NCBI GenBank assembly: GCA_965206645.1
Contig: CBDBKE010000004.1
Location: 864,001-928,000, forward strand
Source: Terriglobia bacterium
Lineage (GTDB): Bacteria; Acidobacteriota; Terriglobia; JAJPHL01; JAPKYU01
Length of the DNA stretch: 64,000 bases
Direction: 5' to 3'
The notes below the pieces were generated by a model. The model did not search any database. It had not been told where the DNA came from and saw only the letters and a list, made by a program, of their open reading frames with translations. This document shows, piece after piece, positions 32,698 through 42,927 of this stretch. Numbering within the stretch: position 1 is the first letter of the stretch; every line of letters begins with the position of its first letter. The position numbers and the translations under genes were made by a program.

Positions 32698-34698
32698 TTA
32701 GTCGGCGGCCGCCGCCGGGACGGCCTGATAGGAATACGTGGCCCCGCTTTCCACGCCAATTTCCAGCTCACCGCGCCGGTGGCCCTCACTGCGGCTCACC
32801 AGCTCGACGCGCCAGACCGGCTCCTGGCTTCCGTTGGCCGCCTCGCGCAGGATGCTGCCCGGGCGCACGCCGGCGCTGAGGTGGACGCGGATGTAGTGAT
32901 AGGCGATCTCGCGCGCATCTTCCTCGCTGACGCTCAGGTCCAGTGGCTTGCCGGCCAGGATGCGTTGGACCTCGCGAACCACGAACAGCGGTTCGAAAGG
33001 CTCGCCATCGTACCTACGGACGACGTCGCGCACGCCGTAACCGGTCTCGGCGCGCAAGTGGCGGGCGAACTGACCGGTGAAGCTCACCTCTACCACGACG
33101 GCGCACCGCGCAGGCTGGAGAATCTCCAGAACCTCCCGGCTGTGGAACGGGTGGATATACTTGATCGACAGGTGGCTGGCGCGAATGCCCGCCTCGGCCA
33201 ACAACGGAATTGCATCCCGGACCACACCCTCGCTCGAACCCCAGGTGATCAGCACGACGTCGGCATCGGCGGGACCTTCCAGTTTCGGCGTGGGCAGGTC
33301 CCTAGCCACCGCTTCCATCTTTTTCATCCGACGCTCCATCACCTTGCGGCGCAGCGGGGCGTTGGTGAACTCGTCGCTGATCAGAATGCCTTCCTCGTCA
33401 TGGTCGTCGGTGCCCGCCACGTGCACGGTGTTGTCGGTTCCCGGCAACGCGCGGGGCGCGACCCCCTCGGGCACGTTTAAGGCGAAGCGCTTGTACTTGC
33501 CGTTCTCCGCCGGCCAGTCGGTCACCAACGCACCGCGCTCAATGGGCACGTCGGACCGCATCGCGTCCGGCTCGATGGTCTCTGGGTGCTCGCTGAGCAG
33601 CAGGTCGGAGATGATGATTACGGGCAGCTGGTACTTCTCGGCCAGGTTGAATGCCTCCACGGCGGTGTGGAAACAGTCGGTGGTGTTGGTGGGGGCAATG
33701 ATGACCCGCGGGTAATCGCCTTGGGAAGCGCCGAATACCTGGTTCAGGTCTGCCTGCTCAGTCTTGGTAGGAATCCCGGTTGAGGGGCCGCCCCGCTGCA
33801 CCTCGACGATCACCACCGGCGCCTCGATCATGCCCGCCATCCCGATGCCCTCGGTCATCAACGCGAAGCCGCCGCCGGAGGTGGCGCACATGGCCCGGAC
33901 ACCGGCGTAGCCGGCCCCCACCGCCATATTCACCACGGCCAGCTCATCCTCGCACTGCTTGACCAATATCCCGCAGCGGTCGGCGTGCGCCGCCATCCAG
34001 TGCAGGATGGAGGAAGCCGGCGTCATCGGGTAGGCCGAATAAAACTTGCAGCCAGCGGTGGCCGCGCCCAGAGCCAGCGCCTCGTTGCCGGTGATGAAGG
34101 GCCGCCGCAGGCGGCTGAAGTTCCAGGTGTAGCCCAGCGGCACAAACCGTTCACGCGCATAGTCGTAGCCGACGCGCGCCAGCTTTACGTTCAGCTCGAC
34201 CACCGCAGCACCCTTGTGCTGGAAGGTATCGTCGAGCACTTCCGCCAGCGTCTCGAACTCCAGCCCAATCAGGAAAAGCAACGCGCCCAGCGCCACCGTG
34301 TTCTGCATCACCGGCTGCAGCTTGCCCAGAGGGCGGGACAGCTCCCCAACCGGGATGGGCACCGGCAGCACCTGGTCGGCAAGCAGTTGGGCATCGCAGT
34401 GCAGCTTGTCGGAGTTGAACAGTACGGCGCCGCCGGGATTCACTTCGGGGGCGTGGCGCTCGATGGAGTCCTGGTTCAGAGCGATCAGGGCGTTCAAATG
34501 GTCGCCGTGCGAATTCAGTTTCTGCTCCCCCATCCGCACCCGCAGCCAGATGTGACCGCCGCGGATAACGGACTGGTAGGAGTTGTATGCATAGAGGTGG
34601 AGCCCCAGGCGCGAAGCGGTCTTGGCCAGAGAATCGCCTGATTTGTCCAGCCCGTCTCCGGCCGCGCCACCAATCCCGATAGTAACTTCGCGAGACAT
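32698..34698 (-). CDS. korA: 2-oxoacid:ferredoxin oxidoreductase alpha subunit with C-terminal extension
   Basis: IRGGH, YPMTPAS, EDE, ATSGGG, QRGGPSTGIPTKTEQADL. Confidence 0.93.
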   Translation of the reverse strand: MSREVTIGIGGAAGDGLDKSGDSLAKTASRLGLHLYAYNSYQSVIRGGHIWLRVRMGEQKLNSHGDHLNALIALNQDSIERHAPEVNPGGAVLFNSDKLHCDAQLLADQVLPVPIPVGELSRPLGKLQPVMQNTVALGALLFLIGLEFETLAEVLDDTFQHKGAAVVELNVKLARVGYDYARERFVPLGYTWNFSRLRRPFITGNEALALGAATAGCKFYSAYPMTPASSILHWMAAHADRCGILVKQCEDELAVVNMAVGAGYAGVRAMCATSGGGFALMTEGIGMAGMIEAPVVIVEVQRGGPSTGIPTKTEQADLNQVFGASQGDYPRVIIAPTNTTDCFHTAVEAFNLAEKYQLPVIIISDLLLSEHPETIEPDAMRSDVPIERGALVTDWPAENGKYKRFALNVPEGVAPRALPGTDNTVHVAGTDDHDEEGILISDEFTNAPLRRKVMERRMKKMEAVARDLPTPKLEGPADADVVLITWGSSEGVVRDAIPLLAEAGIRASHLSIKYIHPFHSREVLEILQPARCAVVVEVSFTGQFARHLRAETGYGVRDVVRRYDGEPFEPLFVVREVQRILAGKPLDLSVSEEDAREIAYHYIRVHLSAGVRPGSILREAANGSQEPVWRVELVSRSEGHRRGELEIGVESGATYSYQAVPAAAAD

Positions 34699-34729
34699 AC
34701 GCCCCCCTCGCAACCTCTGCTGCGGCGGG

Positions 34730-35332
34730 TTACAGTTCCCGCCGCCCCTCGAGCGCTTTCGACATGGTGACTTCGTCGGCGTACTCGAGGTCGCTGCCGA
34801 CCGGAACGCCCATGGCAATCCGGGTGACCTTCACCCCCAGCGGCTTCAACAGCTTGGAAAGATACACCGCAGTTGCTTCGCCCTCGACGTTGGGGTTGGT
34901 CGCCATGATGACCTCTTGAATCTTACCCGCTTTTAGCCTCTCTATCAAACCCTTTATCCGTAACTGATCCGGGCCGACGCCGGAGAGCGGCGAAAGCGCT
35001 CCCAACAGCACGTGGTAGTAGCCGTTGTACTCTCGGGTCTTCTCCACGGCCACAATGTCGTTGGGCTGCTGGACCACGCACAGCAGGCGGGGGTCGCGGC
35101 TCAGGTTGGCGCAATAGCGACACGGGTCTACATCGGTAATGTTGTTACAGATCGAGCAATACCCCACCTTCTCCTTGACGTCCAGCACAGCGTCGGCCAG
35201 CGCCCGCGCCTCTTCCTTGGACCAGGAATGCAAAAAGTGAAAGGCCATGCGCTCGGCCGACTTCTGTCCGACCCCGGGCAGGCGCTTCAGCTGCTGGATC
35301 AGCCGAACGATGGGTTCAGCGTAGTCGGGCAT
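34730..35332 (-). CDS. recR: Recombination mediator RecR
   Basis: [12 protein letters not shown]4 Zn finger, [12 protein letters not shown]. Confidence 0.97.
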   Translation of the reverse strand: MPDYAEPIVRLIQQLKRLPGVGQKSAERMAFHFLHSWSKEEARALADAVLDVKEKVGYCSICNNITDVDPCRYCANLSRDPRLLCVVQQPNDIVAVEKTREYNGYYHVLLGALSPLSGVGPDQLRIKGLIERLKAGKIQEVIMATNPNVEGEATAVYLSKLLKPLGVKVTRIAMGVPVGSDLEYADEVTMSKALEGRREL

Positions 35333-35634
35333 CAGAACATCCCGGGAAGCCCCAGCCCGCCCGTCAGCGCGCCCATCTTGGATTGCAGTTCCGCGTCCAC
35401 CTTGCGGGAGCACTCGTTGACGGCGGCCAGCACCAGGTCCTGGAGCATCTCCACATCGGCATCTTTCACGGCTTCTGGATCAATTTTCAGCTCCAGCAGG
35501 TGCTTGTGGCCATTCATCTTCACCTGCACCATGCCACCCCCGGAGGTGGCCTCCACCCGCAGCTCCTCGAGCTGTTTTTGCATCTGTTCCTGGATTTTTC
35601 GGACCTGACCCATCATCTGCTGCAGGTTGGGCAT
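35332..35634 (-). CDS. ybaB: YbaB/EbfC nucleoid-associated protein
   Basis: [22 protein letters not shown]; between dnaX and recR. Confidence 0.95.
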   Translation of the reverse strand: MPNLQQMMGQVRKIQEQMQKQLEELRVEATSGGGMVQVKMNGHKHLLELKIDPEAVKDADVEMLQDLVLAAVNECSRKVDAELQSKMGALTGGLGLPGMF

Positions 35635-35643
35635 GGGGGCTCC

Positions 35644-37338
35644 TTATTCTGGCGTCTTGAACTCTTCGACTTGCAAGATATCGGCTGCAAACAAGCGAAT
35701 GAACTCGGCCACCTGGGGATCCTCTCGGATGCGCTCGGAGGGGATGGAGGCGACCGAGAGTTTCTCGCTTTCGACGTCGTCGCGGGCGGTTCCGCTGTGG
35801 GCGGGCGCGGGCACCTCGTCCTCCAGCGCCACTCGAAAGGTCACCGGCCGGCCCAGCAGCTCACTGCAGAGCTGGCGCACCAGCACTTCGTCCTGTCGGC
35901 TGATGACGTGGCGGGCTCCGTTTTCGCGAGGGAAGCAGGCCAGCACCTCCTGCTCGCTGACCCGCCAACCGCTGGCCTGCTCCAGATTGACCGCCAGCAT
36001 CTTCTTGGAGAGCTGCTCCAGGCGCGCCAGCAAGCGGCTCGGGATCGGCTCGAGCGGGCCGGGGGAAACCCGCGACGGCGCGGTGGCCGGCTGGTCGGAC
36101 TCGGCCGGGCTGGCGCGCTTGCGAGACAGGTCGGCTTCAAATGGCGACGGGGCGCGTCCCCGCCCGCTCGGGGGCGCATCTCCAGGCGGAGCGCTTCCCG
36201 GCGGACTTGGCTCACTCTCCATCCGAGTTAACAGCTCCTCCAGCGGGACCAGACGCCGGGCGTGCACCAGCTTCAGCAGGCCCAGTTCGGTGTGGAAGCG
36301 CGGGGTGGCGGAGCGCTGTACGTCGGCATACAGGTCCAGGCTTAGTTGCAGTAGCCGTGTCAAGTCCTCTTCGGTGAAGTTTTCGGCCAACCCGGCCAGT
36401 CGCTCGCATTCCTGCTGCGGCGCCTCCACCAGTCCGCTGCTGGCGCCAGCGGTTTTCAATACCAGCAGGTTCCGCAAATGGCGGACCAGCGCGCGGCAAA
36501 AGTTGCGCAGGTCGTGGCCCTGGCGGACCAGGCGGTCCGCCAGCTCCAGCATCCGCTCGCTGGAGGCCTCTCGGACCGCGCCCACTGCTTCGTCCAGCAC
36601 CCCGGCCTCGACCACGCCCAGCAACTCGCGCACCGCCTTCCCGTCCAGCTCACGGCCGCAGCAGGCAATGGCCTGGTCCAGCGCGGACAGCGCATCGCGC
36701 AGGCTACCTTCGGCTGAACTGGTCAGTACGGCCAGTACCTCCTCGCTGGCTTGAATGCCTTCGTTGCGGCAAATCCGCTGCAACTCGGTCATTGTCTCGG
36801 CGAAACCCAGGTTGTGAAAACGGAACGACTGGCAGCGGGAGACGATCGTCGGCGGGATGGCGTGAGCCGCGGTGGTGCAGAAGATGAACAGGACGTTGCT
36901 CGGCGGCTCTTCCAGAGTTTTCAGCAGCGCGTTCCAGGCGTCGCGGGTGATCTGGTGCGCTTCGTCCACGATGTAGACCTTGTACCGGTCCCGCGCCGGC
37001 GCGTAGCGCACGTTCTCGCGCAGCGCCCGGATCTCATCAATCCCGCGATTGGAGGCGGCGTCAATTTCGATGACGTCCACCGAGTTGCCGGCCGCGATTT
37101 CCAGGCAGGAGGGGCATTCCCCGCACGGCTCCGGCGCCGGCCCCTTCGCGCAGTTGAGCGCCTTGGCCAGCAGCCTCGCCACCGTTGTCTTCCCGGTCCC
37201 GCGCTGGCCGGAGAAGATATAGCCGTGAGCAATGCGGTTCTGCGCGATGGCGTTGCGCAGAGTCTGCTTGATGTGCTCCTGATCGACGACTTCGGCGAAG
37301 GTCTGCGGGCGGTACTTCCGCGCTATGACGGTGTACAT
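35644..37338 (-). CDS. dnaX: DNA polymerase III subunit gamma/tau
   Basis: ARKYRPQTF, GQRGTGKTT, EIDAASN, NALLKTLEEPP, SRC. Confidence 0.97.
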   Translation of the reverse strand: MYTVIARKYRPQTFAEVVDQEHIKQTLRNAIAQNRIAHGYIFSGQRGTGKTTVARLLAKALNCAKGPAPEPCGECPSCLEIAAGNSVDVIEIDAASNRGIDEIRALRENVRYAPARDRYKVYIVDEAHQITRDAWNALLKTLEEPPSNVLFIFCTTAAHAIPPTIVSRCQSFRFHNLGFAETMTELQRICRNEGIQASEEVLAVLTSSAEGSLRDALSALDQAIACCGRELDGKAVRELLGVVEAGVLDEAVGAVREASSERMLELADRLVRQGHDLRNFCRALVRHLRNLLVLKTAGASSGLVEAPQQECERLAGLAENFTEEDLTRLLQLSLDLYADVQRSATPRFHTELGLLKLVHARRLVPLEELLTRMESEPSPPGSAPPGDAPPSGRGRAPSPFEADLSRKRASPAESDQPATAPSRVSPGPLEPIPSRLLARLEQLSKKMLAVNLEQASGWRVSEQEVLACFPRENGARHVISRQDEVLVRQLCSELLGRPVTFRVALEDEVPAPAHSGTARDDVESEKLSVASIPSERIREDPQVAEFIRLFAADILQVEEFKTPE

Positions 37339-37383
37339 GCTTGGTTGAGCGCTTCCCCAGCAGCTGCGATTGCGCCCTGGCTG

Positions 37384-37725
37384 TTAGAGGGAGCGGTGTC
37401 GTTTTTCACGCAAGGCCACTCCGTAGGACTGTCCTAGAAATTGCGCCCCCTGGAACACCTTGCCTTCCACGGCCACCCGCGCTCCCTTCGACGGGACGCC
37501 GCTACTGCTGATCACCCAGATGGTGCCCGTATCATCGGAGACCTCGTAGGCGCCGCGGCCAATGGCTCCGACACTGTTCTGGACCGTCCCCTCAATGCGA
37601 ATCGTTTTCTTGGCCCAGCGAGACGGGTCCGCCAGGATGTCCTCGATCTTGACCTTCTGCGAGCATCCGCACAGCACCAGGCTCGTCAGCAAAAGAATCC
37701 CCGCCACTGCCCTGTCAGGTTTCAT
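37384..37725 (-). CDS. OB-fold lipoprotein
   Basis: Lipobox LCGC; YEVSDDTGTIWV. Confidence 0.75.
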   Translation of the reverse strand: MKPDRAVAGILLLTSLVLCGCSQKVKIEDILADPSRWAKKTIRIEGTVQNSVGAIGRGAYEVSDDTGTIWVISSSGVPSKGARVAVEGKVFQGAQFLGQSYGVALREKRHRSL

Positions 37726-37861
37726 GCTTTCCCTCCACGCTTATGCCCTCCAGGCCTATGGACGGACTGGAGCGGCAATGGGATTCGATTTGAAGAGACA
37801 GATGCAGGCAGGAGCCTGAACCCGGATCACCGGCCAATCTGGAGTGGAATGTCACCGGACG

Positions 37862-37980
<119 letters not shown>

Positions 37981-38122
37981 TGATGATACCACGCAGGAAC
38001 GGGTGGCGCCACGGCTCGTCTCCGTTGGTAGTGGGTCAGTTTCCGATAAGCCGACGATACAGGCATCTGAGCGGGTCTGAGCCATCACATCTGGGGGATA
38101 CCCCCTTGCATAAATTGCGAAC

Positions 38123-38405
38123 TCAGCGTCCCGGAAGACAGTACAAGTGTTCCGAGGTGGGATTCCAGGGCGGGATTGCGGAAACCGTAATCACCGGGTA
38201 TTCAATGCTGTCGACGACCTTGCACCCCTTGTCCGCCAGCAGCCTCTTCAACTGTCCGCACGTTTCTTCGGTGTTCTGATTCGATCCAATGACGATTTCG
38301 GCGGGCGCGATCCGCAGCCGCTGTGCCGGAAACGCTTTTCCGCAATTCATTCGCAACTTTAATGATGATGGAATCCGCCGAGACCAATTCAGCTTCGTCG
38401 TTCGT
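38123..38405 (-). pseudogene. Possible frameshifted, 5'-truncated gene remnant
   Basis: Two overlapping frames join at gaaaag (about 38335-38340) to give ...IIIKVANELRKAFPAQRLRIAPAEIVIG... Confidence 0.35.
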
Positions 38406-38409
38406 GCAG

Positions 38410-39438
38410 TTATGAGCCGTTGCCCCGGGGTTTAGTTGTCAGGAAGCGACGGATAAGATCAGCGATCAAGTCGCCGTCCTCTTCCAAAGCAAAGTGCCCC
38501 GTATCAAACAAATGGAACTCGACATTTTTTAGATCCCGCTTGTACGGGTGTGCGCCCGCCGCCGGGAAGATCTCGTCATTCGCGCCCCAGACGATCAATG
38601 TCGGCGGCTGCTGTTGGCGAAAATATTCCTGCCAGCTGGGATAGAGAGGCGGGTTGCTGCCGTAGTCGTAGAACAGTTGAAGTTGAATCGCCTCGTTTCC
38701 TGGCCGATCCAACAGCCGCTGGGTGACGTGCCAGTTGTCGGGGCTAATCAACTCTTTGTTGCGAACGCCGTTGGTGTACTGCCACTGTGTGGCGCCTAAA
38801 GTCACGAGAAACCGGAGCGCGTCCTCGTTCGACATGTTCGGCTGCTTGTAAGCAGCCTTGACATTCTTCCAAAAATCGTTGTCGAGGCCTTTGTTTATGG
38901 CTGCGCGATCTTTCCAGTATTCCTTGATCGGTTCCCAGAAGTTGTTGTCGATCCCTTCGACGTAGGCGTTGCCGTTCTGGATGATGAGTGACTCAACACG
39001 CGCTGGGTATTTTGCCGCCAAACGGAAGCCGATCGGCGCGCCATAGTCCATCAGATACAGGCTGTAGCGTTCGAGACCGAGTTTTGCGGTGAACTTGTCT
39101 ATGATTTGGCTGAGGTTGTCGAAGGTGTAGTCGAATTCGTCCACCGTCGGCATCGAGCTATTGCCATACCCGGGGTAGTCCGGCGCGACCAGGTGGAACT
39201 TGTCGGCGAGGGCCGGCATGAGATTGCGGAACATGTGCGAGGAGGTGGGGAAGCCATGGAGGAGCAGGATGGTCGGTGCATCCTTCGGTCCCGCCTCACG
39301 ATAGAAGATGTTCAGGCCGTCAACCTGGACTGTGCGGTACAGAACTTGGCGGTTCCGGGCCATGGCGGTGGGCGACACGGCTAACAAAAATGCTGTCGCC
39401 AAGAATGTTGCAGTTGCGGTTTGCTTCAGAGATTGCAT
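38410..39438 (-). CDS. Alpha/beta hydrolase (epoxide hydrolase/haloalkane dehalogenase-like), with signal peptide
   Basis: [30 protein letters not shown] nucleophile elbow, DTGHFALEE. Confidence 0.93.
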   Translation of the reverse strand: MQSLKQTATATFLATAFLLAVSPTAMARNRQVLYRTVQVDGLNIFYREAGPKDAPTILLLHGFPTSSHMFRNLMPALADKFHLVAPDYPGYGNSSMPTVDEFDYTFDNLSQIIDKFTAKLGLERYSLYLMDYGAPIGFRLAAKYPARVESLIIQNGNAYVEGIDNNFWEPIKEYWKDRAAINKGLDNDFWKNVKAAYKQPNMSNEDALRFLVTLGATQWQYTNGVRNKELISPDNWHVTQRLLDRPGNEAIQLQLFYDYGSNPPLYPSWQEYFRQQQPPTLIVWGANDEIFPAAGAHPYKRDLKNVEFHLFDTGHFALEEDGDLIADLIRRFLTTKPRGNGS

Positions 39439-39884
39439 TTTGTCCCTCCCATCCTTTGGATCTGTTGAACTACCGGTAGAGATTAACCGGGATTTCCATT
39501 TCCAACTTTACCTTTGCGCAAAATCATACGCCAGCGCCCCTCCCGCTCCAAGCTCAAATCGCCATGCGCAAGGGGGTGGGCCAGAAACAGGGGGGTATAG
39601 TGCTTACCCCGTCAACGCTGCGACTCGGCCAGTCGCGCCGGTAGTCTTCCGCTGCTGTACTGGAGGAGTCCAGGCGGCACGAGATACACCGCCAATCCCG
39701 GATAGATTGCCCCTAACCCCCCAGTTCTTTCCGGTCCGGCTGCAACCCCCGAATGGTCGCCGACTCGGAAAGTACCCCAGCGCTTTGCCGCTCCTCGGCT
39801 AACGTCGGCGGCCACTTGGACGTATAGCCGGCTTACCGGAAACTGACCCACTACCCCACGTTTCCCAACGAGCCACGCATGGCG

Positions 39885-40676
39885 TCAGGCGCCGCGCGTA
39901 AAGATCTCGACGCCGCGGCGTACGGCGTCTTCCTCCGGACCGCGCGGCGCAAACTCCAGGCCCACGTAGCCACGGTAGTCGAGGGACTGGAGTGTCTCGG
40001 CCACGCGGCGGTAGTCGAGCTCGCTGCGGTCGAGTTCACCGCGCTCCGTTGTGCCGGCGACGTGGACGTGGCCGAGGAAAGGAAAGGAACGTCGCAGCAT
40101 GGCGCAGACATCTTCGCCCATCAGCGCCATGTGGTAGCAGTCCAGCAGCAGGCGGATGGAAGGATGGCCCACTTCCTCCAGGATTCCCAGGGCCGTCTCA
40201 GTACTTGCGAGGGAATAACGGGGGTGATCGCGGACGGTGTTGAGGGGCTCCAGCCATAGGGCACAGCCGGCCCGTTCCGCCATCGGGGCCAGCGCTTTCA
40301 ATCCAGCGACTAGGCTGGTCTTGCGGACTGCAGCGGGAATTCGCTCATCCACAGTCGAGCTACAGTCCGGATTCAGTCCGTCGCTCAGCAACAGCAGTCC
40401 AGGGCACCCCAGGCGCTTCGCGGTCTCCAGTGAATCGCCGATCTCGGCCAACAGCGCTTTCCGGTCGCCTTCCTTTACCAGGGATCCCAGGCGGCTCGCG
40501 CTGAAAGCCGCAATCTCCAGACCTCCGGCGGTGGCAGCCGCTTTTAGTTCATCGAAGTTCTTCCCTTCGGCGGTCCAGAACTCCACTCCCTGGACGCCCA
40601 GCTTGGCGGCCCGGGCTATCCGCTGGAGGTACGGCTCCCCCGTAAAAATCATTTCGAGCGACAGTGAAAGTTTCAT
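39885..40676 (-). CDS. Hydroxypyruvate isomerase-like TIM-barrel protein
   Basis: GVEFW, LEPLN, LLLDCYH, GHVHVA, YVGLEF. Confidence 0.85.
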   Translation of the reverse strand: MKLSLSLEMIFTGEPYLQRIARAAKLGVQGVEFWTAEGKNFDELKAAATAGGLEIAAFSASRLGSLVKEGDRKALLAEIGDSLETAKRLGCPGLLLLSDGLNPDCSSTVDERIPAAVRKTSLVAGLKALAPMAERAGCALWLEPLNTVRDHPRYSLASTETALGILEEVGHPSIRLLLDCYHMALMGEDVCAMLRRSFPFLGHVHVAGTTERGELDRSELDYRRVAETLQSLDYRGYVGLEFAPRGPEEDAVRRGVEIFTRGA

Positions 40677-40854
40677 GGGAGCGCATCATCTTCCAACGGC
40701 CACTGAAAATCAAGCGTCAAGGCTGATCCCGGAATACGCAGCGCCCCCAGATCTGCACACGGTTGGCGTCTCTTCTCTTTCTGTTTCTTGTGGACCTGGT
40801 GAGGGTAGGGATTGTGCTTCTGGGCTTCAGAGAACTGCAGGCTGCGCGCTGGCG

Positions 40855-41799
40855 CTAGACTGGCTGGCCGCTTTGCTCCTCGGCTACCGGCGCCATCTCG
40901 CGGAAGAATTGCTCGGCAAAGCGGCGCACCCGCTGGCTTTCCGAGCGGCTGTGCCGGGCCGCGGCCAGATAGGGGATCACCATGAATGGCAGCAGTCCGA
41001 GGCTGATGCCCAGATTGCGCAGGCGCTTCAGCAGGGAGAATTCGCCCGAGCGCACGTCCACGATGTAGGGGTAGTAGCGCAGAACCACGCCATAAATGTC
41101 ACCGGCCAACTGCCACTGGTTGCAGTGCGAGCCGGTCACATAGGTGCGGCCGTCGCGGATAGCGGCCAGGAACTCTTCTTTGGTGCGCGCCGCCTGAGCC
41201 ACCGTGTAGGTGCGGCCGATGCGGCGCAGCGTATGGGAATCGCTGCCGCCAATGCGGGACAGCCTTTTGCCTTGCCGCTCCAGGTGCTGGAGCAGTTGCG
41301 AGACAAACAGGTTGTGGACCCGCTGCATCGAGCCATTCTGCTCTTCGAACACGTCGAACAGCTCCGCCATCCGCGCCATGTACTGCTGCAGGTGCTCGGT
41401 CTTATGGAAGTCGTGAAAGAAATGGTTCAAGGCAAACAGCACCTTCTGCGCGCGCAGATATCCCACCAGCTCCCGAACGTCACCGCGCAACTTCTGGATG
41501 TCGCGGTGCTGGCTTTCCGTGATGCCGTACACGCCAATGTGGATCCGGTGCCCGAACTCGGGCACGTAAGTCGTGACCTCCTCGCCGATCAGAAAGTCCT
41601 CCACCGGATGGCGGTTCAGCAGCTCCAGGCAGCCATCAATGGAATCGTGGTCGGTGATGGTCACCAGGTCCATGCCTCGCTTCTTGGCCGTGCGGTAAAC
41701 GGCCAGCGGCGAGGAGTAGGAATCGCGACAGCGGAGGATGCGCAGGTGCCCGGCGGTGCCCGAGAAATAGGAATGGACGTGCAGATCGGCCCGAAGCAT
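40855..41799 (-). CDS. PHP-domain metal-dependent phosphoesterase
   Basis: ADLHVHS, TITDHD, NH, GGSDSH; start ATG 41799. Confidence 0.88.
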   Translation of the reverse strand: MLRADLHVHSYFSGTAGHLRILRCRDSYSSPLAVYRTAKKRGMDLVTITDHDSIDGCLELLNRHPVEDFLIGEEVTTYVPEFGHRIHIGVYGITESQHRDIQKLRGDVRELVGYLRAQKVLFALNHFFHDFHKTEHLQQYMARMAELFDVFEEQNGSMQRVHNLFVSQLLQHLERQGKRLSRIGGSDSHTLRRIGRTYTVAQAARTKEEFLAAIRDGRTYVTGSHCNQWQLAGDIYGVVLRYYPYIVDVRSGEFSLLKRLRNLGISLGLLPFMVIPYLAAARHSRSESQRVRRFAEQFFREMAPVAEEQSGQPV

Positions 41800-41918
41800 G
41801 TTTACGCTGTGGCCCTCCGTTTGCCTCCTGCCAAGGGGAAGGGGCCCTTTCGGAGACAGGGATATACTAACGGGGTTCGGCCAACAGTCAAGCGATCCGT
41901 ATCTGCGGCCGACCTTGT

Positions 41919-42800
41919 TTACGCGCGAACCTTGCGGAACGCTTCTTCGATCTCTGCCTTTTCGGCGGGACGGAGAGGAAGCAGCGGGAGCCGACAAGGG
42001 CCGCCATAGTAACCGTTCAAGTCCATGGCGTACTTCAACCCAGGAATGCCGAACTTGGCAATCGCTGCCGCAACTCCGCTGATCATCTGCTGGCGCTCGT
42101 GCGCCGTCTCGTCATCGCGCGCTTTCCAGGCCTCGTAGATGCCCAGGGACGCGCAGGGAGCCGCGTTCGCCAAAGCCAGGATGCCACCCGCCGCGCCCGC
42201 GCCGAGACTGGGGTAAAGCGTCGCCGCTGAGCCTACCAGCACCTGAAACCCCGGCGGCGTGTTGTCCACCATGCGGGCCACTTTCTCCACGTTGCCCGAG
42301 CTCTCCTTGATGCCCAGGATGTTGGGATGTTGGTAGAGCTGTAGGACCACTTCGACGGGAAGATCCAGCCCGGTAGCCTGCGGGAAGTTGTAAAGGAAAA
42401 TAGGGATTCTGGCGGCATCGGCCACCATGCGGAAGTAGGTCAGCTGTGTTTCGGGCCGGTTCATCTGGGCCTTGAAATAATGGGGCGTGCGCACGAGAGC
42501 CGCGTCGCAGCCACGCTCAGCCGCCTGCTTGGTCAGCTCGATGGTTTCTTGCACCGACTCGGCGCCCGTGCCGGCGATGAGCAGCTTGCCGGGAGCGGCA
42601 GCTTCGCGCGCTGCCTCCCAAACCTTCAAGGTCTCCTCCCGGGTCAAGAAGACCGACTCGCCGGTGGAGCCGGTCGGCACGTAGCCGGACACACCCGTCT
42701 TGTTCCATTTCTCGACATTGGCCCGCAGATGCACGGGCGAAAATTCTCCATTCAGCAGAAACGGCGTGCAAATCGGAGGAAAAATTCCGTCGAGCCGCAT
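41919..42800 (-). CDS. Dihydrodipicolinate synthase family aldolase (DapA/HOGA-like)
   Basis: GSTGE, YNFPQATG, GIKESSG (Schiff-base Lys). Confidence 0.9.
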   Translation of the reverse strand: MRLDGIFPPICTPFLLNGEFSPVHLRANVEKWNKTGVSGYVPTGSTGESVFLTREETLKVWEAAREAAAPGKLLIAGTGAESVQETIELTKQAAERGCDAALVRTPHYFKAQMNRPETQLTYFRMVADAARIPIFLYNFPQATGLDLPVEVVLQLYQHPNILGIKESSGNVEKVARMVDNTPPGFQVLVGSAATLYPSLGAGAAGGILALANAAPCASLGIYEAWKARDDETAHERQQMISGVAAAIAKFGIPGLKYAMDLNGYYGGPCRLPLLPLRPAEKAEIEEAFRKVRA

Positions 42801-42881
42801 GATTCCTTATCAAATCACGAATGAATCTCGCTTGCCAGCCTGGACTCGCGGAGCCTGAAATGGGCGACCAGAGCCCGCGTA

Positions 42882-42910
42882 TTGACGAGACTCCGTTCGG
42901 CGAGTATGCT
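42882..42910 (+). promoter_or_regulatory. Sigma70-type promoter TTGACG-N17-TATGCT
   Basis: -35 at 42882-42887, -10 at 42905-42910, upstream of the NHL gene. Confidence 0.6.
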
Positions 42911-42927
42911 GCGCCCAGAGGAGGAAC

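Larger units (their letters stand above)
38027..39855. mobile_element. Non-autonomous element bounded by 34-bp terminal inverted repeats
   Basis: 38027-38060 ggtagtgggtcagtttccgataagccgacgatac vs reverse complement of 39822-39855 ggtagtgggtcagtttccggtaagccggctatac (31/34); interior looks lower in GC; no transposase. Confidence 0.75.

Noticed and set aside
31807-33480. 557-aa plus-strand ORF
   Set aside because: Antisense shadow of korB/korA.
35644-37338. Programmed frameshift in dnaX
   Set aside because: No A AAA AAG or long poly-A slippery site was seen; the ORF is continuous.
39518-39533. Sigma54-like TGGC...TTGC upstream of the alpha/beta hydrolase (minus strand)
   Set aside because: GG-to-GC spacing is one base longer than the strict -24/-12 requirement.
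40237-42009. 590-aa plus-strand ORF
   Set aside because: Antisense shadow of the hyi-like, PHP and DapA-family genes; no motifs; typical of high-GC DNA.
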